Positions 26,703 to 35,631 of a stretch of 64,000 nt of DNA are shown here, one piece after another (position 1 is the stretch's first letter; each line of letters opens with the position of its first letter). Source of the stretch: Sphingomonas phyllosphaerae (GTDB lineage: Bacteria; Pseudomonadota; Alphaproteobacteria; Sphingomonadales; Sphingomonadaceae); assembly GCF_036946485.1 (NCBI RefSeq), contig NZ_JAQIJA010000005.1, positions 431,164 to 495,163 on the forward strand, written 5' to 3'. A program made the translations under genes and the position numbers. The notes under the pieces were generated by a model. It made no database searches, was not told where the DNA came from, and saw nothing but the letters and a program-made list of their open reading frames with translations.

Positions 26703-26964
26703 GCTGATTGCAGCGTGTCAAAGCCTTGGTCGCAGGGAGCTGCAAATCGGTCGACATAGATGCAACTTACGCATCCCCCGGTCGGAACGATCCTCGTGAT
26801 GCGGGCATGAAGCCTCATGTGCAACAGATACCGCATGACCCAGGCGCAGATCGCTGGCCGCCCACTACGGCGTTGAGGCACCATTTTCGCGAGATAACAC
26901 TAACGGCGGCGCGATCCCAGAGGTGAGACCACGCCGCTCAAGTTTGACAATTACCTATATGGTG

Positions 26965-26985
26965 TAGGGCGGTTCTGTCGCCCTA
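26965..26985 (-). terminator. Hairpin just downstream of the small secreted-protein gene
   Basis: tagggcg - 7-nt loop - cgcccta, 11 nt beyond the stop at 26996. Confidence 0.35.
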
Positions 26986-26995
26986 AAGCACCCGC

Positions 26996-27301
26996 TTATT
27001 CTTTTTTGAACCAGCCTGGCAGCGGCGCAGGCGGGATATATGGTGGCTGGTTGCCGTCTCCGCCGAGCCACCTTTGTTCGCACACGCTCATGCACTGTGC
27101 GAGGAATGCACTCCTGTCATAGCCGCTTGTGTAGTTGACAGCTTCCGCGCAGCCTTGGATGCAGCTCTCATAGTTGGTCGGAGCTGCGTGAGCGACATTT
27201 GCGGTCATCAAATATCCAGTCGCGATGACGGCCGACGGAATCCACGCGGTGACTTTCCTGCTCATCTTTGACTCTCCCTTAGCGCCGAGTTCATTCGACA
27301 T
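26996..27301 (-). CDS. Small secreted twin-CX3C protein
   Basis: 101-aa ORF (likely start ATG 27265, MSRKVTAWIPSAVIATGYLMTANVAHA). The mature part has SCIQGC and QCMSVC plus a Pro-rich tail. Low G+C. Confidence 0.55.
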   Translation of the reverse strand: MSNELGAKGESKMSRKVTAWIPSAVIATGYLMTANVAHAAPTNYESCIQGCAEAVNYTSGYDRSAFLAQCMSVCEQRWLGGDGNQPPYIPPAPLPGWFKKE

Positions 27302-27469
27302 CTTAGTTAAGCTAATAGTTTCTAGTTTTACAACTCGCAGGATGTGTCAGAATTACATCTCTTTGTTTCTCGATGATCTGCGTTTATCGTCTACCCGTAT
27401 TTTTCGCGTTCTGATGTTACCTCAAGAATGTCGCTTACCTGTCGGCGGGAGATGACCATCGGCGCCATT

Positions 27470-27625
27470 TCAGAAGGCGAGCCCCCGCCCCTCGATCTCA
27501 TCCGCCAGCGCGGCGGGCTTCGGATCAGCGGTCAGCCACGACGTCTTCCGCCACTCGCTGACCAACTCTTCATCCGTTCAGGTAGCGAGGCTCTCGGGGG
27601 TCAGCGGCGGCTGCGGATCGGTCAT
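27470..27625 (-). pseudogene. Decayed ~52-codon ORF, copy 2 (in-frame TGA)
   Basis: MTDPQPPLTPESLAT-TGA-TDEELVSEWRKTSWLTADPKPAALADEIEGRGLAF. The TGA (27578-27580) replaces the Trp codon seen in copy 1. Confidence 0.5.
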
Positions 27626-27775
27626 GTCGGGAGCGTACGCCACCCGGGCGAACGCCGCAAATGGCTGCGGTAAGAATGCGGTGACAGCTGCGCATGTTCG
27701 CGATACGGTCGCTATTCGGCCACGGTTCGCCCCTCGGCGCCCTCGCAGAAAACCCTTGGAAATCCTTCCGTCCGC

Positions 27776-27823
27776 AAGCTTCCCAAGCTTACGACGAGGG
27801 TTCGATTCCCTTCACCCGCTCCA
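27776..27823 (+). repeat. attR-like direct repeat (copy of the tRNA-Gly 3-prime 48 nt)
   Basis: Identical to 8657..8704. No tRNA 5-prime half precedes it. Confidence 0.85.
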
Positions 27824-28133
27824 TCAAAAGCACACGTCTGATCTTCGCCGCGCAGACGCTTGGTCGAGCGACAGCGCCACACCGTCTGGAACGGCTGCCC
27901 CCACGAGACGTCGGCTATGGGCATCCGTTGTGCCTCCGCTTTCGTCGCGGCCGCCGATTGACAGCGCGATAAAGCTCATGCGAGCAATAGTACCAGAACA
28001 TTACAAATTGGTCTTTCAGGAAGACCAATTCGTGCAAGCGGTGCGGGGCATCCGGTATGGCCCATGCCGATGCGCGGTGCCGCTCATCCGACAGGGAGCA
28101 AACGACAATGGCCGTTTCGATCGAGGACGTTGC

Positions 28134-30410
28134 ATGGCCCCACCGTTGACGCTGCGGCACGCGATCGCGTCGATCGCCGCGTTGCTGCTTTCCCCTTCCG
28201 TGGCGGCGCAGACCGCGGCTGACGCGCGCGCGGCGTTGCGGCGGCTCGGGGTTCCGGCGGCACGCGTGTCGGTCACGCTGACGCCCGCTGCGGACGCGCG
28301 ATACCGCGTGCGGATCGCACGCGATCGGATCGCGGTGACGGCGTCGTCGCCGGTCGCAGCGATACGCGGCGTCATCGGGATGCTCGGCACGCAGGGCCGG
28401 TTTCATGCATCTTGGGAGGGAAGCCGGCTCGGTGCGATGACCGGCCTGGCCGCGCAGGACACCGGGTGGATCGCGTCGCCGTTCGGCTATCGCGCGTACC
28501 TGAACACCTGCACCTATGGATACACCACGCCGTGGTGGAACTGGGCGCGCTGGGAGCGCGAGATCGACCTGATGGCGGTCCACGGCGTCGACATGCCGCT
28601 CGCCATGGAAGGGCAGGAATATGTCTGGCGCGCCTTGTGGCGCGAACAGGGGCTGAGCGACGCCCAGACGGGCGCGCTGTTCGCAGGCGCGCCGTTCCTG
28701 CCATGGGAGCGGATGGGAAATATGGCGGGCTATCGCGCGCCGCTGTCGGCCAATTGGATCGAAAAGAAGCGCGTGCTGCAAAAGCGCATTCTGGCGCGGA
28801 TGCGTGGCCTGGGCATGACCCCGATACTGCCCGCCTTCGCCGGCTATGTCCCCGAAGCGTTCGCCAAGGCGCATCCCGAGGCACGCATCTATCGGATGCG
28901 TGAATGGGAGGGTTTTCCCGGCACCTATTGGCTCGATCCATCCGATCCGCTGTTCGCCAAACTCGCGGCGCGGTTCCTGAAACTCTACACCGCCGAATAT
29001 GGCGCCGGCCGCTACTATCTTGCCGACGCCTTCAACGAGATGGTGCCGCCCATCGCCGACGACGGCAGCGACACCGCACACGCCAGCTATGGCGACAGCA
29101 CCGCCAACACCGCCGCCACGCGCGCCGCCGCCTTGCCGCGGGCGGTGCGGGATGCGCGGCTGGCCGCTTACGGCAAGCGCCTTTATGCCTCGATCGCGCA
29201 GGCGCAGCCGGGCGTGACCTGGGTGATGCAGGGCTGGCTGTTCGGGGCGGACAAGGAGTTCTGGACACGCGACGCGATCGCCGCCTTCCTTCGCGAGGTG
29301 CCCGACCGGCGGATGCTGATCCTGGATATCGGCAACGACCGCTATCCCGGCATCTGGAAGCAGACCAACGGCTTCGACGGCAAGGACTGGATCTACGGCT
29401 ACGTCCACAATTACGGCGGCAGCAACCCGGTCTATGGTGCCCCCGACTTCTACCGACGCGACATCGCGGCACTGCTCGCCGATCCGGGGCGCGGGCAGGT
29501 GCGCGGGTTCGGCATGTTCCCGGAAGGATTGCACAACAACAGCCTTGCTTATGATTACGCCTTCGATGCGGCATGGCCCGGGGGCGACATGGCGATGCGC
29601 CCGTGGCTGGAGCGATACACCCGCGCGCGCTACGGCAGCAGCGACGCGGCACTGGTCGCAGCGTGGCAGGAGGTGGTCGCAGGCGTCTATGACGTCCGCT
29701 ACTGGACGCCGCGCTGGTGGAACCAGCGTGCGGGCGCATATCTGTTTTTCAAGCGCCCCGCCGCCGACGCGCCCAGCTACCCCGCCAGCCCCGGTGACCG
29801 CGTCAAGGCGCGCGCGGGGATTGCGACGTTGCTGTCGCTGGCGGCGCGCCATCGTGACAGCGCGCTATTCCGCTACGATCTGGTCGATCTGGTCCGGCAC
29901 GAGGCGAGCCTCGCGCTCGACGAGCAGTTGAAGGCGGCGGTGACCGCGTATCAACACGGCGATGTCCCCGCTGGCGATCGCGCGACCGCGCAGAGCACAT
30001 CGCTGGCAAAGGCGATCGACGCGCTGATCGGCGGCCAGCAGGAAACCCTCGCCACATGGATCGGCGACGCGCGCGCTTATGGCGACACGCCCGCCGAGAA
30101 ACGCCGCTTCGAGGAGGACGCCAAGGCGCAGGTCACGATCTGGGGCGGCGCGGGGCATCTCGGCGATTATGCGTCAAAGGCGTGGGCGGGGCTGTATGCC
30201 GATTATTACCTGCCGCGCTGGGCGATGTATCTCGGCGAAGCCCGCGCGGCGGCGCTTGCCAGGCGCCCGGTCGACGATGCGGCGTTCCTCAAGCGCTTAC
30301 GTGCGTGGGAAGATCGCTGGGTCGCCGATGGTCGCACCTATCGCACCAACGCGCCGGCCGACACGATCGGCGCAGCGCGCGCGGTGATGGCGCAGGTCGC
30401 GCAGTCGTGA
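28134..30410 (+). CDS. Alpha-N-acetylglucosaminidase (GH89, NAGLU-like)
   Basis: In frame with track ORF 27624..30410. ATG 28134 gives the signal peptide MAPPLTLRHAIASIAALLLSPSVAAQ. WNWARWEREIDLMAVHGVDMPLAMEGQEYVW and the downstream regions are typical of GH89. Confidence 0.85.
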   Translation: MAPPLTLRHAIASIAALLLSPSVAAQTAADARAALRRLGVPAARVSVTLTPAADARYRVRIARDRIAVTASSPVAAIRGVIGMLGTQGRFHASWEGSRLGAMTGLAAQDTGWIASPFGYRAYLNTCTYGYTTPWWNWARWEREIDLMAVHGVDMPLAMEGQEYVWRALWREQGLSDAQTGALFAGAPFLPWERMGNMAGYRAPLSANWIEKKRVLQKRILARMRGLGMTPILPAFAGYVPEAFAKAHPEARIYRMREWEGFPGTYWLDPSDPLFAKLAARFLKLYTAEYGAGRYYLADAFNEMVPPIADDGSDTAHASYGDSTANTAATRAAALPRAVRDARLAAYGKRLYASIAQAQPGVTWVMQGWLFGADKEFWTRDAIAAFLREVPDRRMLILDIGNDRYPGIWKQTNGFDGKDWIYGYVHNYGGSNPVYGAPDFYRRDIAALLADPGRGQVRGFGMFPEGLHNNSLAYDYAFDAAWPGGDMAMRPWLERYTRARYGSSDAALVAAWQEVVAGVYDVRYWTPRWWNQRAGAYLFFKRPAADAPSYPASPGDRVKARAGIATLLSLAARHRDSALFRYDLVDLVRHEASLALDEQLKAAVTAYQHGDVPAGDRATAQSTSLAKAIDALIGGQQETLATWIGDARAYGDTPAEKRRFEEDAKAQVTIWGGAGHLGDYASKAWAGLYADYYLPRWAMYLGEARAAALARRPVDDAAFLKRLRAWEDRWVADGRTYRTNAPADTIGAARAVMAQVAQS

Positions 30411-31531
30411 CGGCCCTGCCCCGCCCGGAGCGGTTCGCCTCGCTCGACATGTTCCGCGGTGCGACGATCTTCCTGATGATCGTCGTCAATACGGCGGGCG
30501 CGGGCCGGCCGTTCACGCAGCTCGTTCACGCGCCGTGGATCGGCTTCACGCTCGCCGATCTCGTCTATCCGTCATTCCTGTTCGCGGTGGGCAATGCGAT
30601 GAGCTTCGCGCTGAGCCGACCGATGTCGGACGGCGTGTTCCTGCGACGGATATTCAAGCGGGCGGCACTGATCTTCCTGCTCGGTTTCCTGATGTACTGG
30701 TATCCGTTCGTCACCCATGCGGCGGACGGTGGCTGGGCGGTGAAGCCGTTTGCGGAGACGCGCGTCACCGGCGTGCTTCAGCGGATCGCGCTCTGCTATC
30801 TGCTCGCCGGATTGCTCGCGCGGTATCTGACGGCGCGCTGGTTGCTGGTCGCCGCGGTCGAGCTGATCGGCGCGCACTGGGCGATCCTTGTCGGCCTCAG
30901 CCCGCCCGGCGAGGCGTTCGGGCGGTATCGCAACGCCGGCACCTTGCTCGATCTTTGGCTGATCGGTCCCGAGCATTTGTATCGCAAGGACCATGGCTTC
31001 GATCCCGAGGGACTTCTCGGGACGCTGCCGGCCACCGCCAATGTCATCGCAGGGTATCTCGCGGGACTGGCGATCCAACGCTGGGGGAAGCACACCGCGA
31101 CGGTCGTGCGGATGGCGGCGATCGGTATCGTGCTGGTCGCCGCTGCGTTGCTGCTCGCACCGGTGCTGCCGATCGCGAAGAAATTGTGGACCGGGTCGTT
31201 CGTTCTGCTGACGGTGGGGCTCGACATGCTCCTGCTCGGTGGCGTGATCGGCCTCGTCGAGGTGAAGGGCGTGCGCGTCGGGCGCGATTTCCTGCAGATG
31301 CTCGGGCGCAATCCGCTGGCGATCTATCTGTTCTCGGAACTGCTGGTCGTCACGATCGAGCTGATTCATGTTCGGCCCGGCGTCGGCCTGTACCGCTGGA
31401 TCGGCGAAACGTGGTTTCAGACGCTGGCGCCCGGCCCGGTCGGGTCGTTGCTGTGCGCGCTGGCCTATACGTTGGTGTGCTGCTGGTTCGGGCGCGCGCT
31501 CGATCGCAGGGGGATCATCCTGAAGGTGTAA
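30407..31531 (+). CDS. Heparan-alpha-glucosaminide N-acetyltransferase-like membrane protein (DUF1624/DUF5009 type)
   Basis: GTG 30407 overlaps the GH89 stop (GTGA). RFASLDMFRGATIFLMIVVNTAG..LVHAPWIGFTLADLVYPSFLFAVGNAMSF. Polytopic membrane protein. Confidence 0.8.
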   Translation: MTALPRPERFASLDMFRGATIFLMIVVNTAGAGRPFTQLVHAPWIGFTLADLVYPSFLFAVGNAMSFALSRPMSDGVFLRRIFKRAALIFLLGFLMYWYPFVTHAADGGWAVKPFAETRVTGVLQRIALCYLLAGLLARYLTARWLLVAAVELIGAHWAILVGLSPPGEAFGRYRNAGTLLDLWLIGPEHLYRKDHGFDPEGLLGTLPATANVIAGYLAGLAIQRWGKHTATVVRMAAIGIVLVAAALLLAPVLPIAKKLWTGSFVLLTVGLDMLLLGGVIGLVEVKGVRVGRDFLQMLGRNPLAIYLFSELLVVTIELIHVRPGVGLYRWIGETWFQTLAPGPVGSLLCALAYTLVCCWFGRALDRRGIILKV

Positions 31532-31568
31532 GCCGCCCCGGCACCGGCCGGGGCGGCGTCACGCCGGA

Positions 31569-33983
31569 TTACAGGCGCAGCGAGCCTTCCAGCCCGATCG
31601 TGCGCGGCGGGTTGAAGTTCGCATAATCGCCCAGCGTCAAGGCGTTGGCGGCGGAACGGCGATAGATATGCGTCTCGTTGAACAGGTTGCGCGTCCAGAG
31701 CGACAGCGTGACCTTCGTTCCCGCATCGTTGAGCGGCAGGTCGGCAAGCGCCAGGCGGCCGTTGACGATGAAGCTCTTGTCGCTCTTCGTCGCCTCGTTC
31801 TGGAAGCTGTAGACCGAATCCGAGTAATTGCCGTCGATGTGGAAGCGCGCCTTCGCTTCGCCGATCGCGACCGGCAGTTCATAGTCGAGCGACGCCGAGG
31901 CGGCGTTGCGCGGCGTGAACACCACGAAGACCTTGGTCAGCGCGTTGTTCAGGAACGGGTTCGCGGTCGCGGGAACGTCGGTGTAGGTATAGGCATAGCT
32001 GCCGCCCAGCGTCAGCCCCTCGACCGGGTTGATCGTCAGGTCCGCCTCGACGCCACGGATTTTCGACTTGCCCGGTGCATTGCGCGTTTCCTCGGTGTGG
32101 AGGTTGAACGTCGGGCTGGTCGTAACGGTATCGACGTTGTCGAAGTCGATCTGCGTGCCGGTGCGATCCATGATGTAGCCCGCGAGGTTCAGGCGCACGC
32201 GGTGGTCCGCGAAGTCCATCTTCGAGCCGATCTCATACGACTTCACCACCTCGGGACCGAAGGCCGCGAAGGTCTGCGAACGCGAGTTGGCACCGCCTGC
32301 GCGATAACCGGTGGCGTATTTGGCGTAGAGATGCACCGTGTCGGTGGCGTCGATCGCGGCGGTGACCATCGGATCGAAGCGGCTGCGATCGAACAGGAAC
32401 TTGAAGTTGGTGGCCTTGTTCTGAACGATGAACAGCGTGCCGTCGCGCTTGTCCTTCGTGTAGCGTCCGCCGACCGTCAGGTGGAAGATGTCGAACGCGT
32501 CCGGCGTGAAGGTCGCCTGCGCAAAGGCCGCGTAGCTGTGCGCGGTCGCCTCGCTGCCGCGCTGCAGGAAGCGCGAGCCGACCGCCCAGCCCTGGTTGCC
32601 GCTGGTGATCGCGCCGGTCACGACCGGGCTGAGGATCGTGTAGGCGGTGCCGTTCGCATTCCACTGGTTGGTACTCGGCGTCGCCGCCGTTTCCTCGGCA
32701 TGTTCGCGGAAGTAATAGAGGCCGGCGGTGTAATCGAGCTGCGGGATGCTGCCGACCGCCTGGAATTCCTGGCTGAACTGGCGCTGCGTCATCCACGACA
32801 GGCTGTAGCGGCTGAACTTGCCGTTCGGGGTGAAGACGGTGCGGTGCGCGCCGCCCGAATTGTCCCACTGATCGGTGTCGACGCCGCGCCAGGCGGTGAT
32901 CGAGCGCAGTTCGAGCGAGGGAGCGACTTCCCACTTGATCGTCGACGACACGCCGTGCGTACGGTCGGTGCTAAGCTGCTGCGGCACGCCGATGTCCGCG
33001 CGGGTCATGCGGCGATCGCCCGCCACGACCACCAGCGCCGGAAGCGGCGCGATCGTGCCCGACGGCAGCTTGCCGTTATTGGCATTGATCTGCGCGATGG
33101 TCGCGACCGGCAACTTCTTCGGGTTGTAATTGACCAACTGGCTGTAGAACGGGGTGTTCTCGTCCTTTGCCTGATCGTAGGCCACGGTCACCGACACACC
33201 GGGCGCCGGCTTCCACAGCGCGCTCGCGCGGCCGCCGACGCGGTTGTAATAGTTCCAGCCGTAGCTGCCCGACAGCGGATTGCTGACGGTCGCGTCCTGA
33301 TGCTGGGTGACGCCGTCGAACTTCAGCGAGATGTTCGCGAACTCGGGCAGGTTGACGTGGAACTGGCCGGTATAGGCACCATAATTGCCGTAACCGGCGG
33401 TGACGGTGCCGCCGTACTGCCCGGTCGGCGCCGCGGTGACGATCGACAGCGCGCCGCCTTCGGTGTTGCGCCCGAACAGCGTACCCTGCGGCCCGCGCAG
33501 CACCTCGATACGTGCCACGTCGAACAACGCGGCGTTCAAGCCCTGCGAGCGGCCGAGGTAGACGCCGTCGACATAGACGCCGACGCCGGTGTCACGCGCG
33601 GTCTGGTTCTGGTCGAAGGGGACGATGCCGCGGATGCCGATCGTCAGCGCCGACTGGCGCGCCTCGAAGGTGGCGACGCGCAGCGACGGGATCGCGCCAT
33701 CGCCCAGATCGAGCAGGCTCTGGACGTGACGGTCCTTGATGATGACGGGGTCGATGACCGAGATGGCGATCGGCGTCTTCTGCAGGTTCGTCTCGCGGCG
33801 GGTGGCGGTGACGACGACATCGGTCAGCCCCTGCGCATCCGTATTGTCGGCCGCATCGGTCGTGGGATCGGCGGCGGCAGCTGGGGTGACGGCGGCGGGC
33901 GTCTCGGCCTGCGCGGCAAACGGCAACGTCAGTGCGGCAATCCCGGTGAGCAGACGCAGCCGCGTCCGCGAAGCATTCGACAT
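31569..33983 (-). CDS. TonB-dependent receptor
   Basis: 804-aa ORF. Signal peptide, LTDVVVTATRRETNLQKTPIAISV plug, long beta-barrel. Confidence 0.9.
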   Translation of the reverse strand: MSNASRTRLRLLTGIAALTLPFAAQAETPAAVTPAAAADPTTDAADNTDAQGLTDVVVTATRRETNLQKTPIAISVIDPVIIKDRHVQSLLDLGDGAIPSLRVATFEARQSALTIGIRGIVPFDQNQTARDTGVGVYVDGVYLGRSQGLNAALFDVARIEVLRGPQGTLFGRNTEGGALSIVTAAPTGQYGGTVTAGYGNYGAYTGQFHVNLPEFANISLKFDGVTQHQDATVSNPLSGSYGWNYYNRVGGRASALWKPAPGVSVTVAYDQAKDENTPFYSQLVNYNPKKLPVATIAQINANNGKLPSGTIAPLPALVVVAGDRRMTRADIGVPQQLSTDRTHGVSSTIKWEVAPSLELRSITAWRGVDTDQWDNSGGAHRTVFTPNGKFSRYSLSWMTQRQFSQEFQAVGSIPQLDYTAGLYYFREHAEETAATPSTNQWNANGTAYTILSPVVTGAITSGNQGWAVGSRFLQRGSEATAHSYAAFAQATFTPDAFDIFHLTVGGRYTKDKRDGTLFIVQNKATNFKFLFDRSRFDPMVTAAIDATDTVHLYAKYATGYRAGGANSRSQTFAAFGPEVVKSYEIGSKMDFADHRVRLNLAGYIMDRTGTQIDFDNVDTVTTSPTFNLHTEETRNAPGKSKIRGVEADLTINPVEGLTLGGSYAYTYTDVPATANPFLNNALTKVFVVFTPRNAASASLDYELPVAIGEAKARFHIDGNYSDSVYSFQNEATKSDKSFIVNGRLALADLPLNDAGTKVTLSLWTRNLFNETHIYRRSAANALTLGDYANFNPPRTIGLEGSLRL

Positions 33984-34200
33984 GTTGATTATCCCCTTTC
34001 GGCCAATCGGCCTGACGGGGCGCGTCTAATTCGATTCGGCTGCAAGATCGTGACGCATCGATGACACGATTATCCGATCGAATTTCACGCTGTTTTCATG
34101 TTCTCTTCTTTACCCTTATCGCTCGCCAGGACATGGAGAAGCAACCCATTATCTTAACAAGATCATGGATTGCTTGACCAATTACACGGGTGACGGGATG

Positions 34201-35631
34201 TTATTGCGGTGGGCTGATCCGCCCGCCGACCGCGGCGAACAGCGCAACGGTGTCGGTCAGTCGCGCGGCGCGGGCCTGCACCAGTTGCGCGCGCGCCTCC
34301 GCATCGGCGGCGCTGGCGTTGAGAAGGGTCAGCGTGTCGATGTCGCCGAGCGCCAGCCGCCGCCGCGCGAAGGTCAGCGCCTGATTCGAGGCGTTTGCGG
34401 CACGGGTGGCGGCGTCGAGCGCGACCGCGTCGGTCGACAGCCCGGTCAGCGCGTCGGACACGTCGCCGAAGGCGGTCAGCACCGCGGTACGGTAACCCGC
34501 TTTGGCGCCCTCGAGCGCCGCTTCCGCCGCCCGCTGCTGATGGCGGAGCTGGCCGGCGTGGAACAGCGGCTGGGTGATGCCGCCGATCAACGTCCAGAAG
34601 GGGTTACCGTCCTTGAACATGTCGCCGAAGCGCTGCGCCGCGCCGCCGGCATTGGCGCTGAGCGTGATCGACGGCAGGCGCGCGGCGATTGCCGTCTGGA
34701 CATCCGCGCCGGCGCCTTCCAGCTGCGCGCGTGCCGCCTGCACGTCGGGGCGCTGTGCGACGAGGTCGGAGGGGAGCACCGAGGGTAGTCGGGTGGGGAG
34801 CGAAAGCTGCGCGAGCGTTGGTAGATCGGGCAGCGCATCGCCGGCCGCGCGACCGAGCAACGTCGCGATTACAACGCGTTGGTGCGCCTCCTGCCGGACG
34901 AGCGCGGGCAGCGCGCCCTCGGCGGCGGCGAGCGCGGTCTGTTGGGTGACCACGTCCGCCGCGCCGACGGCGCCGAGGCGTTGGCGCATTTGCAGGCGGG
35001 TGAGGATGTCGCGGTTGACCGTCACTGCGGTGCGCGCCGCGTCGAGCTGGTCGGCGAGCGCCGCGCGCTGGATCACCGCCTGCACCAAGTTACTGACAAC
35101 ACTCGTTCTTGCCGCGTCGAGGCGGCTGCGTTGCACGGCGGCGGCGGCGCGGGCGGAGCGGAGGCGGGCGCGGGTGCCGCCGAAGGCGTCGAGGGTGTAG
35201 CTGACGTTCACCTGCGCGGTGTGGAGCGTGTAAAGTTGCTGGTTCTGGTTCGCGATCACCGGGGAGATCGCGTTCGAAACTCTCGTCCTTTCAGCCTGAT
35301 AGCTCGCGTCGACCTGGGGCAGCAGCGCGCCGCCGGCCGCGCGCGCCTGTTCGGCGGCCTGCCGCAAGGAGGCGTCGGCGGTGGCGATATCGTTGTTGTG
35401 GCGGAGCGCTTCGGTGACCAGAATGTCGAGTTGTGGGCTGTCAAATGCCGTCCACCACGCCGCTGGGGACGCGGTTGCGGGCAAAAAAACCTGTCCCGGT
35501 GCGCTGACCGGCGCGATTGCGGCGGGCATGGTGGCAGCCGGGAGCGCAATATGCGCGTCCAGATCGCGCGGGCCGACGGTGCACGCCGTTATCGCGGAAC
35601 AGGCGAGCAGCAGGGCGAGCGTGCGGGTCAT
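34201..35631 (-). CDS. RND efflux outer-membrane factor lipoprotein (NodT family)
   Basis: 476-aa ORF. Lipobox LLLACSAITAC. Two OEP-type repeats. ATGA-type overlap with the RND pump gene. Confidence 0.85.
   Translation of the reverse strand: MTRTLALLLACSAITACTVGPRDLDAHIALPAATMPAAIAPVSAPGQVFLPATASPAAWWTAFDSPQLDILVTEALRHNNDIATADASLRQAAEQARAAGGALLPQVDASYQAERTRVSNAISPVIANQNQQLYTLHTAQVNVSYTLDAFGGTRARLRSARAAAAVQRSRLDAARTSVVSNLVQAVIQRAALADQLDAARTAVTVNRDILTRLQMRQRLGAVGAADVVTQQTALAAAEGALPALVRQEAHQRVVIATLLGRAAGDALPDLPTLAQLSLPTRLPSVLPSDLVAQRPDVQAARAQLEGAGADVQTAIAARLPSITLSANAGGAAQRFGDMFKDGNPFWTLIGGITQPLFHAGQLRHQQRAAEAALEGAKAGYRTAVLTAFGDVSDALTGLSTDAVALDAATRAANASNQALTFARRRLALGDIDTLTLLNASAADAEARAQLVQARAARLTDTVALFAAVGGRISPPQ

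Larger units (their letters stand above)
8657..27823. mobile_element. Composite genomic island / degraded prophage integrated in tRNA-Gly
   Basis: Bounded by a perfect 48-bp direct repeat. Contains an integrase, phage tail and lysis genes, an IS remnant, a TA pair and two low-GC blocks. The flanking genes are ordinary chromosomal genes. Confidence 0.8.

Noticed and set aside
27578-27580. TGA in the small ORF read as Trp or selenocysteine (recoding)
   Set aside because: TGA is used as an ordinary stop by many confidently called genes in this window. There is no SECIS-like context. The sister copy is independently broken by a frameshift, so decay is the simpler explanation.
27776-27823. Possible second tRNA-Gly gene
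   Set aside because: Only the 3-prime 48 nt (part of the anticodon arm, the T arm and the acceptor 3-prime strand) are present. The upstream sequence cannot form the acceptor 5-prime strand or the D arm. It is interpreted as attR.
27624-28133. N-terminal 170-residue extension of the GH89 ORF in the track (start 27624)
   Set aside because: The extension would read through the attR repeat and island DNA and has no signal peptide. ATG 28134 gives a clean signal peptide followed by the GH89 domain.
31668-34064. 798-aa plus-strand ORF. Similar giants at 41926..44238, 50553..52439 and 58085..59983 (plus), and 46345..48306, 27915..29852, 5972..7012 and 44255..45760 (minus)
   Set aside because: All are antisense to genes with clear family motifs (TBDR, S15 peptidase, TadG-like, coaD/ispA, flippase, GH89, amidohydrolase, GH29). 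All have the same Arg/Gly/Asp-rich composition.
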